From Enoplolaimus lenunculus (lineage: Eukaryota), in NCBI GenBank assembly GCA_030248215.1, contig JASANG010004131.1, forward strand, positions 372,001 to 436,000: a DNA stretch of 64,000 nt, given 5' to 3'. Shown here one piece after another: positions 1 to 14,964 of the stretch. The position numbers and the translations under genes are program-made. The notes below the pieces were generated by a model. The model was not told where the DNA came from. It did not search any database and saw only the letters and a list, made by a program, of their open reading frames with translations. The first letter of the stretch is position 1. The number at the start of each line of letters is the position of its first letter.

Positions 1-2345
1 TATATACAAGGTAAAATATACTTTAAATACTTAGAGCATTGAAAATTAACGCAATACTGAATATTGCTTATATATGTAGACAAAATATAAAACACGCCTC
101 GGATTTTAGTTTTTAACAAAACTTTATCGCGACCACTGCATGAAAATTATCCAATTTTGAAATATTAACTTGGACGTGGGTCCAAGACTGCAATCCCTAG
201 CCTACAAGCGCTCAGTTGGTTGTCGAACAGTGACACTATACATACAAACTTCCAAAAAATATATTTAACCGTACTCTCGTATGAAGCCTAAATCAGTTTA
301 CCTCTTGAACGATAGTTTCGCACTAATCCTCTAAAGCGAAGTTCAGCAAAGCTTTGAAACTTTTCTCAAAAGTTATTTAAAAATTAAATTAGGTATGAAA
401 ATGATTTTCTGTAACTTCGCAAATTACAGAAAAAGTCGCGTAAAATTAATCACTCATCATTTATTGGTTCAAAACTTATAGAAAGTAATCTTAAACTGAC
501 AGCAATTTGAGCTCGCTTTTATTCAAACAAATTATCTGCTGAATCCATTTTGCCTGTTTATCTCTAGCAATTACATACGTTTACAATGTGTCTAAAGCAA
601 ACAACCCATATATATGTGCACATCTACCACACCGGTGAAAGAAATTGCAACAACTGCATGGTATAGTGATATGGTGACATGTTTGGCTCGAGTACACGAT
701 ATCCGAGGCTCAATCACGTTTGCAATGAGTCCTAAATTTTTCGCAAGGATTCTAAACAACATTAATACGTATATATACTGATGTTTTGTCATTACAATAT
801 ATTATAAATTTAGGCCATTCACCATGCTCCAAACTTTATTGAGCGCACAAAACTTTTACGATAAGTTTCCCCCAAAACTATTTATATAGTCATTTCTTTT
901 CCTGCTACAATTTCTCCCACAGATCGATATGTGAATAGAGTAGGTACTGTACGTAGTACACACACACACACGCATACCTACCTACCTATACCTACAACAA
1001 GCGACCAGCACGACAATAAATAGTGGACGGCAAGTCCGTTCGTCCTATTTAAGTAAACTTACAAAATTTACCACACTCAACATGTAAAATTATACATATT
1101 ATATCTCTGTGTGTACGTACAGCACGCATTAAAGAAATGTACACTGATGAATCCAAGAGGAACCTAGACCATGCTTCCTCCAACAGAGATCAAAACTAAA
1201 ATTTTGCATAAGACTTAATGCTGATAATCGCGTTTGATTTGTCCCTCGCTTCGTTTGCTAGCTTTTTTCACCGTTATACATCACGTCCCTTCCCCCGTCA
1301 AAAACTCCTGGATCCACGGCAGACAAAATTTATATATTTGCTCTTTTATATTTTCCCAAAATGAGTAATGATACACAATAACTTGGTCTTGGGTACTTGT
1401 TTACTTTCCTCTACGAACAAAAAGTTTCGCCTTAGACATAATAACTTGAATAATTTCGTTTACGTTTATTTACCTTCAGGCTTAACCATTTGTTTAGGCT
1501 TGGGCCCTGGAAAATTATAAACAGTACTGTTGAGGGGAATTTTGCCTTCTATCAAATTAACATTAGTGTCGCAAAGTAAACAAGTACTGTCATTGTGCGC
1601 TGAATAATGGTTTATTACTTAAGCTTTTTCAACTGGACAATTAATGTACAATTTTAATGAACGTTTAGGTTCCCAATGATTTGTCACAAATTCGAGTTTA
1701 CCTTATCATGATTTGGCGCACATTCAGGTAAGCTAAAATCAATTTTATCAACATGTGACGCCATAGATATTGGTTTAGAAGTGAATCTAAATTCCGTTTT
1801 TAATATTCTACAATATATATTTCATGCATGTTTTTGGTGATTTACACAAACGTCAAATTTTTCACAATCAAGTGTCATGAATACAGCAGATCGTTGGCTT
1901 CAAAGCATGTGATACTTAACATACGAGTCAGACCAGAGTTATAAATTGCAATTTAACTATTTGTTATGATTTCCAATGTTTGCAATCAATCTCTACGAAG
2001 CTAGCAACCTAAAAATGCGACAGAAAAAAGAATTTGAAAACATTACTATGCTCTGACACAGTCCCCATTTGCATATTTGTATACTGAATTGTGTACATTA
2101 ATAAACCACCAGTTTCAAGCTACGTTTACGTATGTCATTTTGTCGCTGTTCAACCTCAAATAATACTAAGTCCCTAGGAATGCATTTTTCAGGAACACCC
2201 AGGCTACAATGTGGACAATTTCAACGTCACTATTCAGACAAATATATCGCGTACACACATAAACATTTTAATACTCCAACTGAGAGCACTGTACGAAAAC
2301 AGTCCTACCAACATAAATAGCCACTCGTTTTCGACTACCACTATT

Positions 2346-2375
2346 CAACAACAACAACAACAACAGCAACAACAG
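2346..2375. repeat. (CAA)n microsatellite
   Basis: caacaacaacaacaacaacagcaacaacag; no supporting exon. Confidence 0.8.
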
Positions 2376-5300
2376 TAATATTACTGTACCAACGGCAAGC
2401 ATATAAAAGCAATATTTGAACGCTGCAAATTTAGGTCGTCCACTAATGATGAAAACTTGAAAATATACACGCAGCAATTTTAAAACACAGCCACACTCAG
2501 GCAGAGAACGACTCCTGCATTTACCACCGTACTGTATCACAACTTGAGTCTACACCCGCTCCGATATACAACACAAAAACCCACCACAGCTATATATATT
2601 GAAAGTGTTCCCCAGTCTAGAAGTTGCGATTTGTAAGCATTTCTGTACATTTTGCACACACATCTTTACCATTCTTCGTGGTGCGTGCACGATTTTAGTC
2701 TATTTTACAACAGAATATATTAATGTGCAATGCACCAACAGGTATATGCAAACAAAAATTGCCACTAAGCAATCAAACTACTTCACTTTATGCACACACA
2801 CACACATTTTGTGCCTAGCAGGACTTAAAATCCAAGCATACCGTATAGTAATTTGTAAACACAGTTCTGTACTTTTTTTGCGTTCCACAGTTCTCTGTAA
2901 AATGATTTACCGTGCAGCTTTCATTCTACCACCCTAAACTAAATAGCAGCACCGTATTAAGCAACGTAGTTTAACTATAATCAAGCCGTATGGCTTCTAT
3001 AAAAACTTCATCGCGTTTCGATGAGTACAGTTGGTACGAAACACACGTTGCCGAAATTTGATTTGTTTCCATCGATAGGATGACGTGTCATAACTGACAA
3101 TTAAATAATACGCAGAAATTACAGTGTATATTAGTTCACTAACCAACTAAAATACAATATAGTTCAGTAATTCACCATCCACGGCCATAATTAAGTCAAA
3201 CAGCAAACCAAAATCGAATAATATATCAATTTCATTATCCCCAGAACTTCAAACATATCTCACAACGCTGTCACATGGCATATCAATAAAACGCACAAAA
3301 CTCGGTGCAATTTTTTCACTAAAAAACGAACACTGCAAGCATATACCAACTGCATCCGTAAACAGCACGTCGACTGTACAACGTATCAAAAATTTTAACG
3401 CTTGACTCACCCACCGATCGCGACAGTAACCACTGCAACCAAACTTTGTACCAAGTCATCTCTTCAATATATTAACTCTCTTGCAACTCGGTTATTCAAA
3501 ATATAACTACGTATTTATCGTCGAAACTAGATATTTGTCATTTTTGCTAAATATGGTGCAGCCAAAAATGTTTTTTTTAAAATTTTACGTCACCAGTTTA
3601 ATTTTTTATTGCTATCGTTGAACGCTCCAAAAACAACGCTCTATTCCTACTGAACACGCAGAACGCATACAAATACATCAATTACATGTTATATGGAGAC
3701 CGTACAAATGCTATATATGCGACAACGAATTCAGTAGCATATAGCACTCAAGTTGGTAGCCGGATAACCTCGCGATTTGCATAATGGTCAATAGCTGTCA
3801 TTTTCAATTTCACTTGCTGTTAGTTGAGATCTGATATTTAACGAACTAATTTCAATCAATGTTTATTACTTTTGTAATGTTACGTATAAAACATATATTT
3901 AAAAAAGTAATTAAAATTAAGAGCTAACCAGCACACAAATTGCCGCATGAATCGTATCAAAATTGTACGCTAAATCAGATAGTCACATAGATAGGTAACT
4001 GTTATGTAATATTTTCGGGTCAAAAAATTTTACATCAACCATAAATTACTCTTCTGTTTAATAAATAAGGCACATTTCTGCTATACCAAGATTCCTGATT
4101 AGCTTTTGCGTAAACGTAACATTAATTGCAACGCGACCTAAATTTAAATCAACCGTACTGAGTATTGCAAACCTATATATGGCCAAAATAAACTTGATAT
4201 ACAACCCCGTTCCTTTCTCCTTCCTATTTGTATACGTAGTTACACACCCTTTTTATCAGTCACAACCACAACTGGTATCCTTGAGTTTTTTCGCACACAT
4301 TTCAAATCTACCAGTAAAAGGTCCCTATTTTACAATATCTAGTGCCAGCACATACACTCACTACGTACAATTTTTGTCATCCACAACCAACCACCACCAC
4401 CAGGACATATACAGCAACAAGTCACAGACACACAACGAGCGAGAGACGCTGAATTTAGAGGTAGAGCGAAATTCACCCAAACTTTTAAACCAAAAACTTT
4501 ATTATTCAAGTTTTGTAAATATATACCTCTACCTACTATATACATATACACATTGGCGTATATCTCTACAAATAAATTTTTTTCGATAATTTTATCCCAC
4601 AAAATCCCGTTCGTAACGCGTGCACAACAGCGTGTGACGGTGGTGAGTCTTCACTGAATTGCACCAACAATCAACTTGCCTATCTGTCGAACTCAAAATA
4701 TGTAATGTGTGTATGTATGTATATATCTACACACGACCACAAGCACTCAGGTTTTAAAATTTCAAGAATTGAATGGTTATAACAAAAATATTACAGTCAT
4801 TAATGCATTCAATTTCAGAACAGAAACATACGAATAGTTTAGTTTAAAATATTGATAGCTCAAATTGACTTAGTCAAATTTCCAACGTTTGTCACATATG
4901 AAGCATTAAAGCTACGCAAAGCGTATAGCATAAAACCGTTGCAAAAACTGTTTCGCTTATTCGCATAAATCATAAATTTGTACACTTAACGGTTTTTGTT
5001 TCCACTCATTATTTTTGGTAAGCCTAAGCTCAAGTCGAAACCAAAGCCTAAGACCACATTAATCGTGAGACTAAACCTATTTTATTGCTCCAGTCATGTG
5101 TGGGGTTACTTTTTGTGAATAAAGTTCGCATACAGCCCACATCAAAGGTTCTTAAAGTTCACACAAACTCATACCCGATAACACTGATACGTCCTCTCTT
5201 AGAATATAGACCGTTTTTCCAACATGAAATATTTCTGTATGCAACCTACCCATTATGGTATAGCGGTTAGCACAGCCCGTCACCGCATACAAGTTATCAT

Positions 5301-6711
5301 TCTACTACTTTACACACAGCAACAAATGAACAGTCAAAATATATTTTACCCCAAAAACTGATGCATGCATACACCACCCTTCTATTTTCAAAATTAGCGT
5401 TCGAAAGTTTACCAAATTTTTGCATACACACGTGTGTGTCTTTCTACACATTACAATCTGTCGAATTTTTCCATACGCTACGCTGCGTCTCATATAAATA
5501 TTTTGGGCGAAAGAGAGATAGAGAGAGCGAGGGTAAATCCTTCGGTCAATTGCAAACTTTATTCTGCTGTAGCGATATTGTTAACGTACGAACGAACTCA
5601 GAATGCAAGGCCAAATTTCCAAACTACACATATACGTATACGTATTTTGAACGCATAGTACGTTTGTATTTCATAATTTTACCTAAGACGCATAGGTAAT
5701 ATACATCGTTTAGTTGCACACATACGGAGCCTAAGATGTCTAGCGGATATCGGTGTTTTATAGATAGACATCGCAAAGTAACCTACCTATTGTCTTTAAC
5801 TTTGTCATCCCAAGGTCAAAATACTAACTTTCGTATACGGCCAGTTCAATCAGTACAAACGTACATACCCAATATATCTTGCATATATATCTATATACTA
5901 TACACAAATTTATTGGTAGCACCTAATCTGACCTCAAAGCAAGATATCAGGTTCTGGAGCGGCAGATCCTGGGTTCAATAGCTGCAGCTTCTAAAGATTA
6001 AACAATTTCTACAGAACATGCTATCATTACACAGCTACAGGACTGTCAACATTTACATTCACAAAAGGTACATTCATATACCCGATGACAAATTGGTTCT
6101 ACACTTTATTTTTTTCGAACAAATCTCCCAATTGCTATTTCTTCCAAGCTGAACTGCGATTTGCCACACAATAGCAAACTTTCGTATGCAATTACTAATT
6201 GGCCTGCATAGCGGATTGACACACGACACATACATCATTACTAAATTCATATACTGATAAATCCCTATCATTACTAATTTCAAATACTGGTAAATCCCTA
6301 TACAGTGTTTCTATAGTGTAAACCGTAAACTTATAGCAGTTAAAACTAACCTACTAACATATTATACATACCCCAACATTACTGTTTAAAACTATACCGT
6401 ACCTGTACACATTTATATACATACATTAACATTTACTCTGATAAGTAGGTAGGTATATGCAAAAGTACGGTACAATGAACCCGTAAGTGTACAAAACGTA
6501 CTAGGTTTATCGTTTAAATTTAGCCTTGAATACTGCAAGTAATAATAATAATAATAATAACAATGTTTGAAAGATAAGACTTGATAAATTTATTATAGGT
6601 TTTAGTAGTATCATTGAATGCAGTCGGTACTGAGGAGCCCATATTGCAGTTTTGTTGCTATGTACTGATACTGAAGCAGATTGCGCGCAGTGACAGATTC
6701 ACTCGTGTGAC

Positions 6712-6966
6712 CAGGGTGCGACCGGATATCCGGCTCCGGTTTACTATCCGGCAAAGAACCCGCATCCGGTTCCGTTATCCCGTACAAACCTTACCGGATA
6801 CAATATTCCATTTGCTAAAGGTAAATTAACATTTACTGACGCATTAACGTGCTAAAAATTGATTTATTTAAAAAAACACACTATCCGGTTAACATCCGGT
6901 TCTGGCAAAAAATCACTGTCCGGATCCAGTTCCGGTATGCGGTTTTTGCGATCCGGTCGCACCCTG
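6712..6966. mobile_element. hAT-like MITE (CAGGGTGCGACCGGAT TIR)
   Basis: Matching TIRs, CCGG-rich subtermini, TSD cgtgtgac/cgtgcaac. Confidence 0.8.
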
Positions 6967-7914
6967 CGTGCAACATGACATGATTTCAAATTTGAGCCAT
7001 GCTTGTTGCCAGTAAATCAACAACCAGAGGTGAAAATATCACATTCTGTACGTTAAACAAAACACCCAATTACAAAAAAAATTATAATAGCAAATTTTAG
7101 CTGCAATCGATGAAACTGAATTGTTTCGCATTTTATTTGGACCGACACTGGCACTAAATACGTTTCTTTTACTCGACCCGGAACTCCGGTTGTACCCTAC
7201 TTGCAGACATCCAGATGAGTCCGTATAAAATGCACTGACTCAATTCATGCCTGTATAATGATTCAGGACTAGATATAACCTCCCAAACCATTTTTGTGTT
7301 CAAAACAGCATTTAGTTTCAAATTTATATTGCGAAATCTGCACCCTCGTTGCTACTCAACCCATCCAGCATTTTACTTTTCACACACTTTTAAACTCGAA
7401 CCGAACATTACCCCAAAATTTTTTGCATACAACCTTTTCCCTATTAACGAGCAATCTCAACTCGTCCCTGTACCCTGTGCAAAATTTTATCAACCAACGC
7501 ATTTATTATTTTCCCACAATAAGAACTTTTATGTGTTATACATAGCACCGCGAGCACCGCCGAAAGTATTGACTTGTATACTTTAGCAAAATGACCTTGC
7601 CAATCGCCTAAACACACTGCAAATATATATTATTCGCCATCTCATCTTTCATATATTTGAAAGTAGTACAGGCAAAACGATTGCATTGTGAAACAGCATA
7701 CAAAAGGAAATGGTATGCATAGAGTTTAATTCAATAATTGACCTCGATTTAAGACTTTACAGTACAACCAGAGAGAAAATGGTTCGGTGAACATAAACTG
7801 CTCCCAGTTTCAAATACTCATTGTACGTAGCATATAGTTTACACTGAATTTCGCTCGCACGTCACATATTATGCAAATGCTAGAAGGATGGATTGGAACA
7901 TATTTCGTTCAGTA

Positions 7915-8120
7915 CACTGCACAACATGGTGCGTCAAATTGACTTTATCCGAAATAGACCCTACGGGACTACACAAACGGAGTCAAATTCGACTCCGCCA
8001 GATTCAAATTCGAGTCACAGAGTCGCACGTTTGACTCTGGCGGAGTCAAATTTGATTCAATTGTGTAGTCCCGAAGAGCCTATTTCGGAGAGTAAATTTG
8101 ACACACCATTTTTCGCAATG
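7915..8120. mobile_element. Family E foldback MITE
   Basis: Same palindromic sequence as the 48734 copy, more diverged, TA flanks. Confidence 0.8.
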
Positions 8121-9518
8121 TAGATTTAAATATACTTTAAAATCTGAGTTTAAATGTCCAAATGTTGCACTGCATTCCGCTTGATAGTTTCGATTTTGAT
8201 TTTAATTAAGTCATTAGAAAGAACATTTCGAATATTGAAACCAGTTCATTAGGTATTCCTCATATCAACCGCGCGAAGTACACATAAAATAAACCAGCCA
8301 CTATAAAATAAAGTATATGTCTTGTATCTTGTAGAATAGCGAATACAAATATTTCGAGTTACAGCTTTCCTGTTCCCGACTAGAGTATACAAAAGTCAAT
8401 TTTACACACTCCCTCTTCCAATATATATCACACACAATCTTTAAAGGCGATCAACTCTAGGCAAACATTTACATTGAGCATAGCGTCGAATTTGTTTGCT
8501 GCTCGTTTTTATTCTCAACCCTCTCATTCCTCGTCTATCCTACCGTCTGTAAAGGCTTAGAATCCTAAACAAAAACGCACATTTAGAGTGCACAATTTCG
8601 CCTTGTATTTTGCGAGCGGGCGTGCATTCGTTGTGTATACACAGAAAGAACCTTTCGTTGGTATTAGTTGGTACACAAACAAAACTCTCCGCGCACGGTA
8701 TATCAGCAGCACTGCACACGAGTCTGCTCTTTGCAGTTTGTTCAGAAGGAAAAATTCGCTCTGTCAAACTCTATACTGATTGATTTAGTCACCAAATTTT
8801 TAAAACCCACACCGCGTACGCATATAGTCGTTCTCTCTTTCTCTCTCTCATTGATGCATACACATTTCCTCTCCAATGTCGTGCAAAGCAACCTTTGTAC
8901 AAAAATCCAGCCTTAGAGTTTGGTTGTGGTGTGTACTGTACAGATTTTGGGATGCAGTCTGTGTGTGCGCGTTCACCGAACTGAAATTTACTATTTATTT
9001 TCCTGCTGCACGCTCGCTCGCAACTCGCAAAATATTTGTTGTGCATCAACCGGCCAAAAATTACACCAACATTCTTTACACGGCATTTATGTGTGGCTGG
9101 CGAACGAATATGCACAAAGAGCACACGTCAGTAAAATTATGTATACTTGCCTCGATAGCACATTTTAAATTTTAGCTCCATGTTCATTATTCAAATGACA
9201 ACTCGTTTTACAGACTACTATGGCTGAACAATATATGTAGCAAAACACAATAGTTCTGCTCTTGGTCGAGAGCAAACCGTCATATTTGCTTTTTTTAAAT
9301 ACGAACTTCGCTAGTCGCACATCAAATCACTAAATGCCTAGGTGAGGTATTTATGTAAAACGCATCAAACAGAAGTTCAGTTGACGTTCAAAATTTTAGT
9401 ACAACTAAAGTCTGGCAAGCACACACACAATTATAACACTTTCGAAGCGTAACCGCAACGTGTAAACCAGCAAGTCCCGAAATGATACACAATTCAGACA
9501 GTATGCGCGATGACCAGT

Positions 9519-9627
9519 GGTCCATGTAGAAGTAAGGGCGGAACCTTCCTCTGTGGGACTGAGAGACAGTAAAAGCTTAAGGTTTAGACTGATGACTACT
9601 GTTACGACCCTGTCGCATACATTGGCC
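9519..9627. mobile_element. Family A MITE, internally deleted (no TTAGGC array)
   Basis: Both family A termini are present (ggtccatgtagaag.. / ..catacattggcc); no clear TSD. Confidence 0.6.
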
Positions 9628-11243
9628 GCTTTATTAATAATTGGCGCATTACTTTACGCTCATAGTCATTGCTGTGGAAATAGGTGCTCAATTGAAAACA
9701 AATTAGACGCGAACAGTTTAATGATAAAAAGTATTGTGAACAAGCGAACATGTTCATGAAACCATACGTATATAATTTGAATGTATTCCGAATGAGAACA
9801 AAATGTCTAAATATTTATGCAAACATTTTAAATGCCATTCTGGACAGTTCATTACTTTCTTTAATGTTGCAGTACAAAAACCCTATTTCGCATTCTGATA
9901 ACGATTTTAATCAAATTTATTAAAATTTTCGAAATAAGTAATGGTTGTATATTCTACGTATTTATACAGCTTGCTGTCAGGAAAACATATATGTCCAAAA
10001 ACAGCGCATGTTTATAAGGGCATGGACAGGGGAATATATTAGGGGTCAAACCACGCTTTTTGTGACCCCGCTATGTAAATTTTGTCCAAGTGGTTTTACA
10101 AGTACACATTTCTGTTGGTAACACAAGAAATCCCCCTGCGAAATTTTTATAGAAGGTAATCGCAAAAAAGCTAAATACTTCCGTGTTTAATATATCACTT
10201 AACATTTCCAACTATTTTGGTCCCTAAGTACACAACAAATCCTTGTTTCTCAAATATAATGGTGGACAATGGCAACGTAAAATTAAAAACATTCCTGCAA
10301 AAACAACTCAACATTCACAAAATTAATGAAAAATTTGAACAAACACAATGCATTACAATATTAAATCGCAGGAAGCAAAAATGTTAAGAGCACAATGTGT
10401 TAAGGGCACTTCAAATACAAGGAAGACACTGTTGAAGTAGCATAATATTCAATCACTGACATCAGTTTGATATCTTGAATCCAAACGTGCATAATAACAG
10501 CACAATATATAAGCTGTGCGATTATTGCCGATTTAGCAAGTTATAAATACATAATATACGCACGAAGAATACAAAGAAATCATTGTTTTGCTAAAATATC
10601 GGTAAATAAATCAAGCACATAATCACAACATAACACACTCCACAACCAGCTCGCATCACAACCTTTATGTCAAACACAAAACCTTTTAAATTATACCTCT
10701 TAAAATAATTGATAGCTTACCACAACAAACAATGAAGCTGAAACGCAGCTTCAAATAGTGAAAATATAACTTATCAGTGCTGCGTGCTCGTTTTGATAAA
10801 GCTCTATCCTAAATCATCATTGCATATTACGATCCAAGCTAGTCACTGTACAGATTATTGCAACGAAAATGTATATGTATAGCAAGACTAGATTTACTGT
10901 AAACATTCCGTTGGCCATTTACATCCAGTACGCAGCTTTAAACAGGATCTTAGAATTGAAACCGGATGTCGGAAGAGGGTATCCGGCGCATCATGAGTAC
11001 TGTGTTAACTTTATACTATAACTCTTACACATCAAGCACTAATCATTTCGGAGCCGAAAATAAACAAATACAATCAGACCTTTGAAGCCACATCTGCCTC
11101 CAAAACGGTGCAATAGCTAAATTAACACATGAAGTATTACATTAAAATATAACAAAATAATTAAAAATAAAGCACTCTTCATAAAACACAACCCGATACT
11201 TAAAGTGTGCACACTTGCACAGTGAAATAACAACCGTTAGCAT

Positions 11244-11566
11244 CAGGGATCGATCGGATATCCGGTTCCGGTTTAATATCAGGCAAAAAACCAACATCCG
11301 CATTCGGTACCGATATCCGGTAGATATTTGCGCTAATGGTTCAAAGTATCATAAATCTATTTTTTACACTTCAAAATACTAGATATTTTGCAGCGACTGC
11401 AGTTCCGGGCAGTCCAGGCTGGACACTGATATGGAATAAAGAATCTAAATTCATATTTTTGCACAGCTCAAATACATACTTCCAACAGTGGTTAACATGC
11501 GGCCCAGGTACAAAATTTACTATCCGGCTACGATATCCGGTAAAATTAATATTTGGTCGATCCCTG
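11244..11566. mobile_element. hAT-like MITE (CAGGGATCGA TIR)
   Basis: TIRs cagggatcga / tcgatccctg; TSD gttagcat/gctagcat. Confidence 0.8.
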
Positions 11567-12044
11567 GCTAGCATCACTTTGGCTAATTTTAAACAACTAA
11601 ATCACCAAACTTTACGCAACTTTCACGAAAATTTAACCTGTAGAAATCATTATGCGAAGACTTAAACGCTAACCACAATAAATGATTATACGTATATAGT
11701 TTTACGAGAACGGTTCATTTCATTTAATTTTTTTCAAACAAGCGAAAAAGATAACAACTACCCTGATCAGACACACTGATAAACACCAGAAAGTGCAATT
11801 GATAGCATTCCAACTGACTGTTATATGCATAAAGTATCGACAAAGAATCTGCATTTTTTGCAGTGCCGATGGTGATACTCACGAAAAGTGCTGATTGTTA
11901 CCGATGCCAATTAATCGGCACACCCCTAACTAATACATGGAGAAACTTTAGCCTTCTGTCAAATTAATGCTAGCGTTAAAGGAAATAATAGACAATAAAG
12001 TCCAGTAGCACATTATCTCTATTTAGATATGTGTGTGGCTATTC

Positions 12045-12304
12045 CAGGAGCGTAGCCAGGATCCAGAAATTTTTTCGGGGGCGGTCCAATATTCGGGGGG
12101 ACGGGTCGAAATTCTGGGAAAATCTCGGGAGGCACATCACAATCTTTACTATACATTAACGTGGATTTAGGATGATCCTGTTGCTTGGTCAACTTTGGCG
12201 TCTGTGTGCAATTATGATTTTATTTTTGTGACATATTACAATTTTTCATGTTTAGTAAACAATTTCTACAGGGAGCTGCCCGCATCTGTCTGGCTACGCT
12301 ATTA
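12045..12304. mobile_element. hAT-like MITE (GCGTAGCCAG-type ends)
   Basis: caggagcgtagccag / ctggctacgctatta; TSD ggctattc/ggccattc. Confidence 0.7.
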
Positions 12305-13148
12305 GGCCATTCGCAATCAAATTAACCAAGCATACACAAATAAGCAAGTGCAGATAAGACATCGTCAGGTACAAAATATACATTTGACAAACGGATGAAG
12401 TAGATACACACATGAAAGCGTTAAGTGAATGATTTGGTCACAATACAACACAATAATATATGTTAAGTACAGCCAGCGAGTTCGATATATACAGCACAAA
12501 TCATTGTTCCCCCCAAATATACGGCAAATGCGTCGAGCGGCAAACTTTTTAGTTCGCAATTTTCAAATACTGCTATGTTCTTTTTGTCAAAAAACGAAGA
12601 ACGTGACGTTACGAAGAACGAAGCACTCCTTAAGCTTAGTACACATTCTCAGTATGCAAAATATAAAATACAAAAAAACTTAATCCAAATCACACCATTG
12701 CTTTTCTGCATTGTGACAAATACAAAATGCAGAAAACATCAATGAAACCATTTACGTATGATTATGGATCATGAGCACAAAAATCGCTGTAACTACAAAG
12801 ACGTCGCACAACTTGTAATCAATTAATAATAAACAACAAAAGGTGTTGTCTCCAAAATTGAAGCCAAATTTTAATTATAGTAAACCAAAGCATCAATATA
12901 TTTGCTTAAATATTTCTAGAGTTACCTTGTTCATTTACAGGCATGAGCGAAACGGAAATCATATCGAAATCAGAGTAACGTATTTCGCAGTTTATATATA
13001 CGGAGGTTTGTTTAGTACGTGATGACTACAAAAAACAGCATCCTGAATCTATTGCACATGCTTAAGCTGTTAAAGCCCTGGAAAACACTTAGTATAAAAC
13101 CACATTATTATACCAAAATAAACACAACCGCAAACTTTGCGTGAGCAC

Positions 13149-13339
13149 TAGTACCGGAGCAGACAGCGGTGGGGGCTCCCCCCAAACTCCAGGGTGTGCA
13201 CCCCCAAACTTGTGAGCGAAGCGATCGAGAAGCAAGACGCATTTTAATACTTCGTCGTTTTTTGCTTCAACCGGTTCGGGTGGGGACCCCTTTAGGGGTG
13301 CGCCCAAATGGGGTACGGCGGGTGCCTGCTTCGACCCTG
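13149..13339. mobile_element. GC-rich MITE with 8-bp TSD
   Basis: GC-rich island in AT-rich DNA, weak TIRs, TSD gtgagcac/gcgagcac. Confidence 0.6.
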
Positions 13340-14214
13340 GCGAGCACTAAAATATTTTGTTTATGAGACCATTCATCAGGTCGTATAATTAAACAAAATA
13401 CCGAATTATGGAAGACACACATTGACAGAACAATCAAAAAACTTTAAAATAGCGCCATATTCATAATACAAATAACAGCGATATCAACGCGATTATAAAA
13501 GTTAAAACAGTATTAATATAATAAAAAATATTAAATGTCTTCAATGCAGTATAAAACACACGTGCACAGTATATAAAGATTGTCAGTGAAAGCGATTATG
13601 CAAATTATGAGTATGTAGCAATTACTTACACGTATCAAAGTCCTAGCGCGCCATTGAACCTCCAGTTAAAAAACCTGCCACAAAACGCCAATTTGAAACA
13701 CTAATGTCATGCATGTGAATGCCGACTTGTGAATCAACTCATACAATACTGATAAACTAAGCGACCGTTCGTTAAGCCAGTTACAAAAATCACCAACAAA
13801 TTCAAGGTATAAGAAACAAGTTCAGTAGCTTATCTATGCTTATGCTTATACCATTACACAATTATAAACGTCAGTAAAATCGAATTCTGAACATAATTAT
13901 ACGATTTCAAACTGTCAGCTCGTAGTCGTCGCAGCTCAAAGTCTGAATAAATTTAGGTTTCCGGGAAAACAATTGACGAACGTTGAACAAAACAACAAAA
14001 TAATCCCAACCTAAGCTTCGTTCGACTTGGCGCTCATATACGTCATAAACAAAAATAAGAGATTTCAAATGCTTATTATGATGATAAAATATTCGAGTTA
14101 AAAATAATATATACGACGACGAGGTCATCAACGGACGGATAAGTTGAAACACAATCACGAAACAATGTTCCCGATTAAAGTTTCGTTGAAGGCTGTACTC
14201 AAAATTTTTGACTT

Positions 14215-14964
14215 CTAGCATAATTGTTGATTGCACTCTGAAGCCATATTTACGATTTCTACAGTAGGCACAGGGCTCGGCAGAATACTCGGCAGGCTTG
14301 TTGTCGCCGTAGTGTTTCCATTAATAGCGCCCAAGTTACCTACAGCGGCAGCTGCTGCTGCAGCGGCCAAGAAATTTGTAGCGTCAAATAGACCTTGTTG
14401 TTGTTGTTGTTGTTGTTCATGAGCATTGGCGGAAGTCGGGGTGGCTGTTGTTGTCAAAGATTCACGTTTAAACATTTCACTAACAGCACCTTGATCTGTC
14501 AACGGCGGTGAGTCATAGTTAAGTTGCGGAGCATTGCTATCGAGAACATCATCAATGACACCTGCAATACCAGCGCCAGTTGATACAGGCGTTGTTGGCG
14601 TCACGCAACCGCCAGATCCAGTAATTCCGTTATTCATTACAGGATTACCAGCAGATCCTAGCAACGATGGTGGTACCATTGAAGGACTGCCACCGTTGAG
14701 CGCTTTGTTACCGCCGGATTTTCGGCCGCCAGCTCCGTTTCCGCCGTCGCCAGTTCCGCTATTGTTGTTGTTGTTGTTGTTGCTGTTGCCACCCATGCGA
14801 CGCTTATTGCACGATCCAGTACGAATATGAACGTAAAGGTAATCCTTGCGAGACGACGAAAAACCACACTTTGTACACTTGTAGCGCAACTGTGAATGAA
14901 CAGTCGACATGTGTCGTTTCCAAGTGCCACGCCACATAAATTGCGCGAAACATATCTCACAAAC
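14215..14964 (-). CDS. Alternative terminal exon B: C2H2 finger plus C2HC-type finger and low-complexity tail (isoform about 830 aa)
   Basis: Acceptor gttttacag|GTT at 14964, in frame with ORF 14215-14982. It reads VCEICFAQFMWRGTWKRHMSTVH, then YKCTKCGFSSSRKDYLYVHIRTGSC. The phase 0 join gives GSY|VCEIC. Confidence 0.85.
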   Translation of the reverse strand, partial: VCEICFAQFMWRGTWKRHMSTVHSQLRYKCTKCGFSSSRKDYLYVHIRTGSCNKRRMGGNSNNNNNNNSGTGDGGNGAGGRKSGGNKALNGGSPSMVPPSLLGSAGNPVMNNGITGSGGCVTPTTPVSTGAGIAGVIDDVLDSNAPQLNYDSPPLTDQGAVSEMFKRESLTTTATPTSANAHEQQQQQQQGLFDATNFLAAAAAAAAVGNLGAINGNTTATTSLPSILPSPVPTVEIVNMASECNQQLC

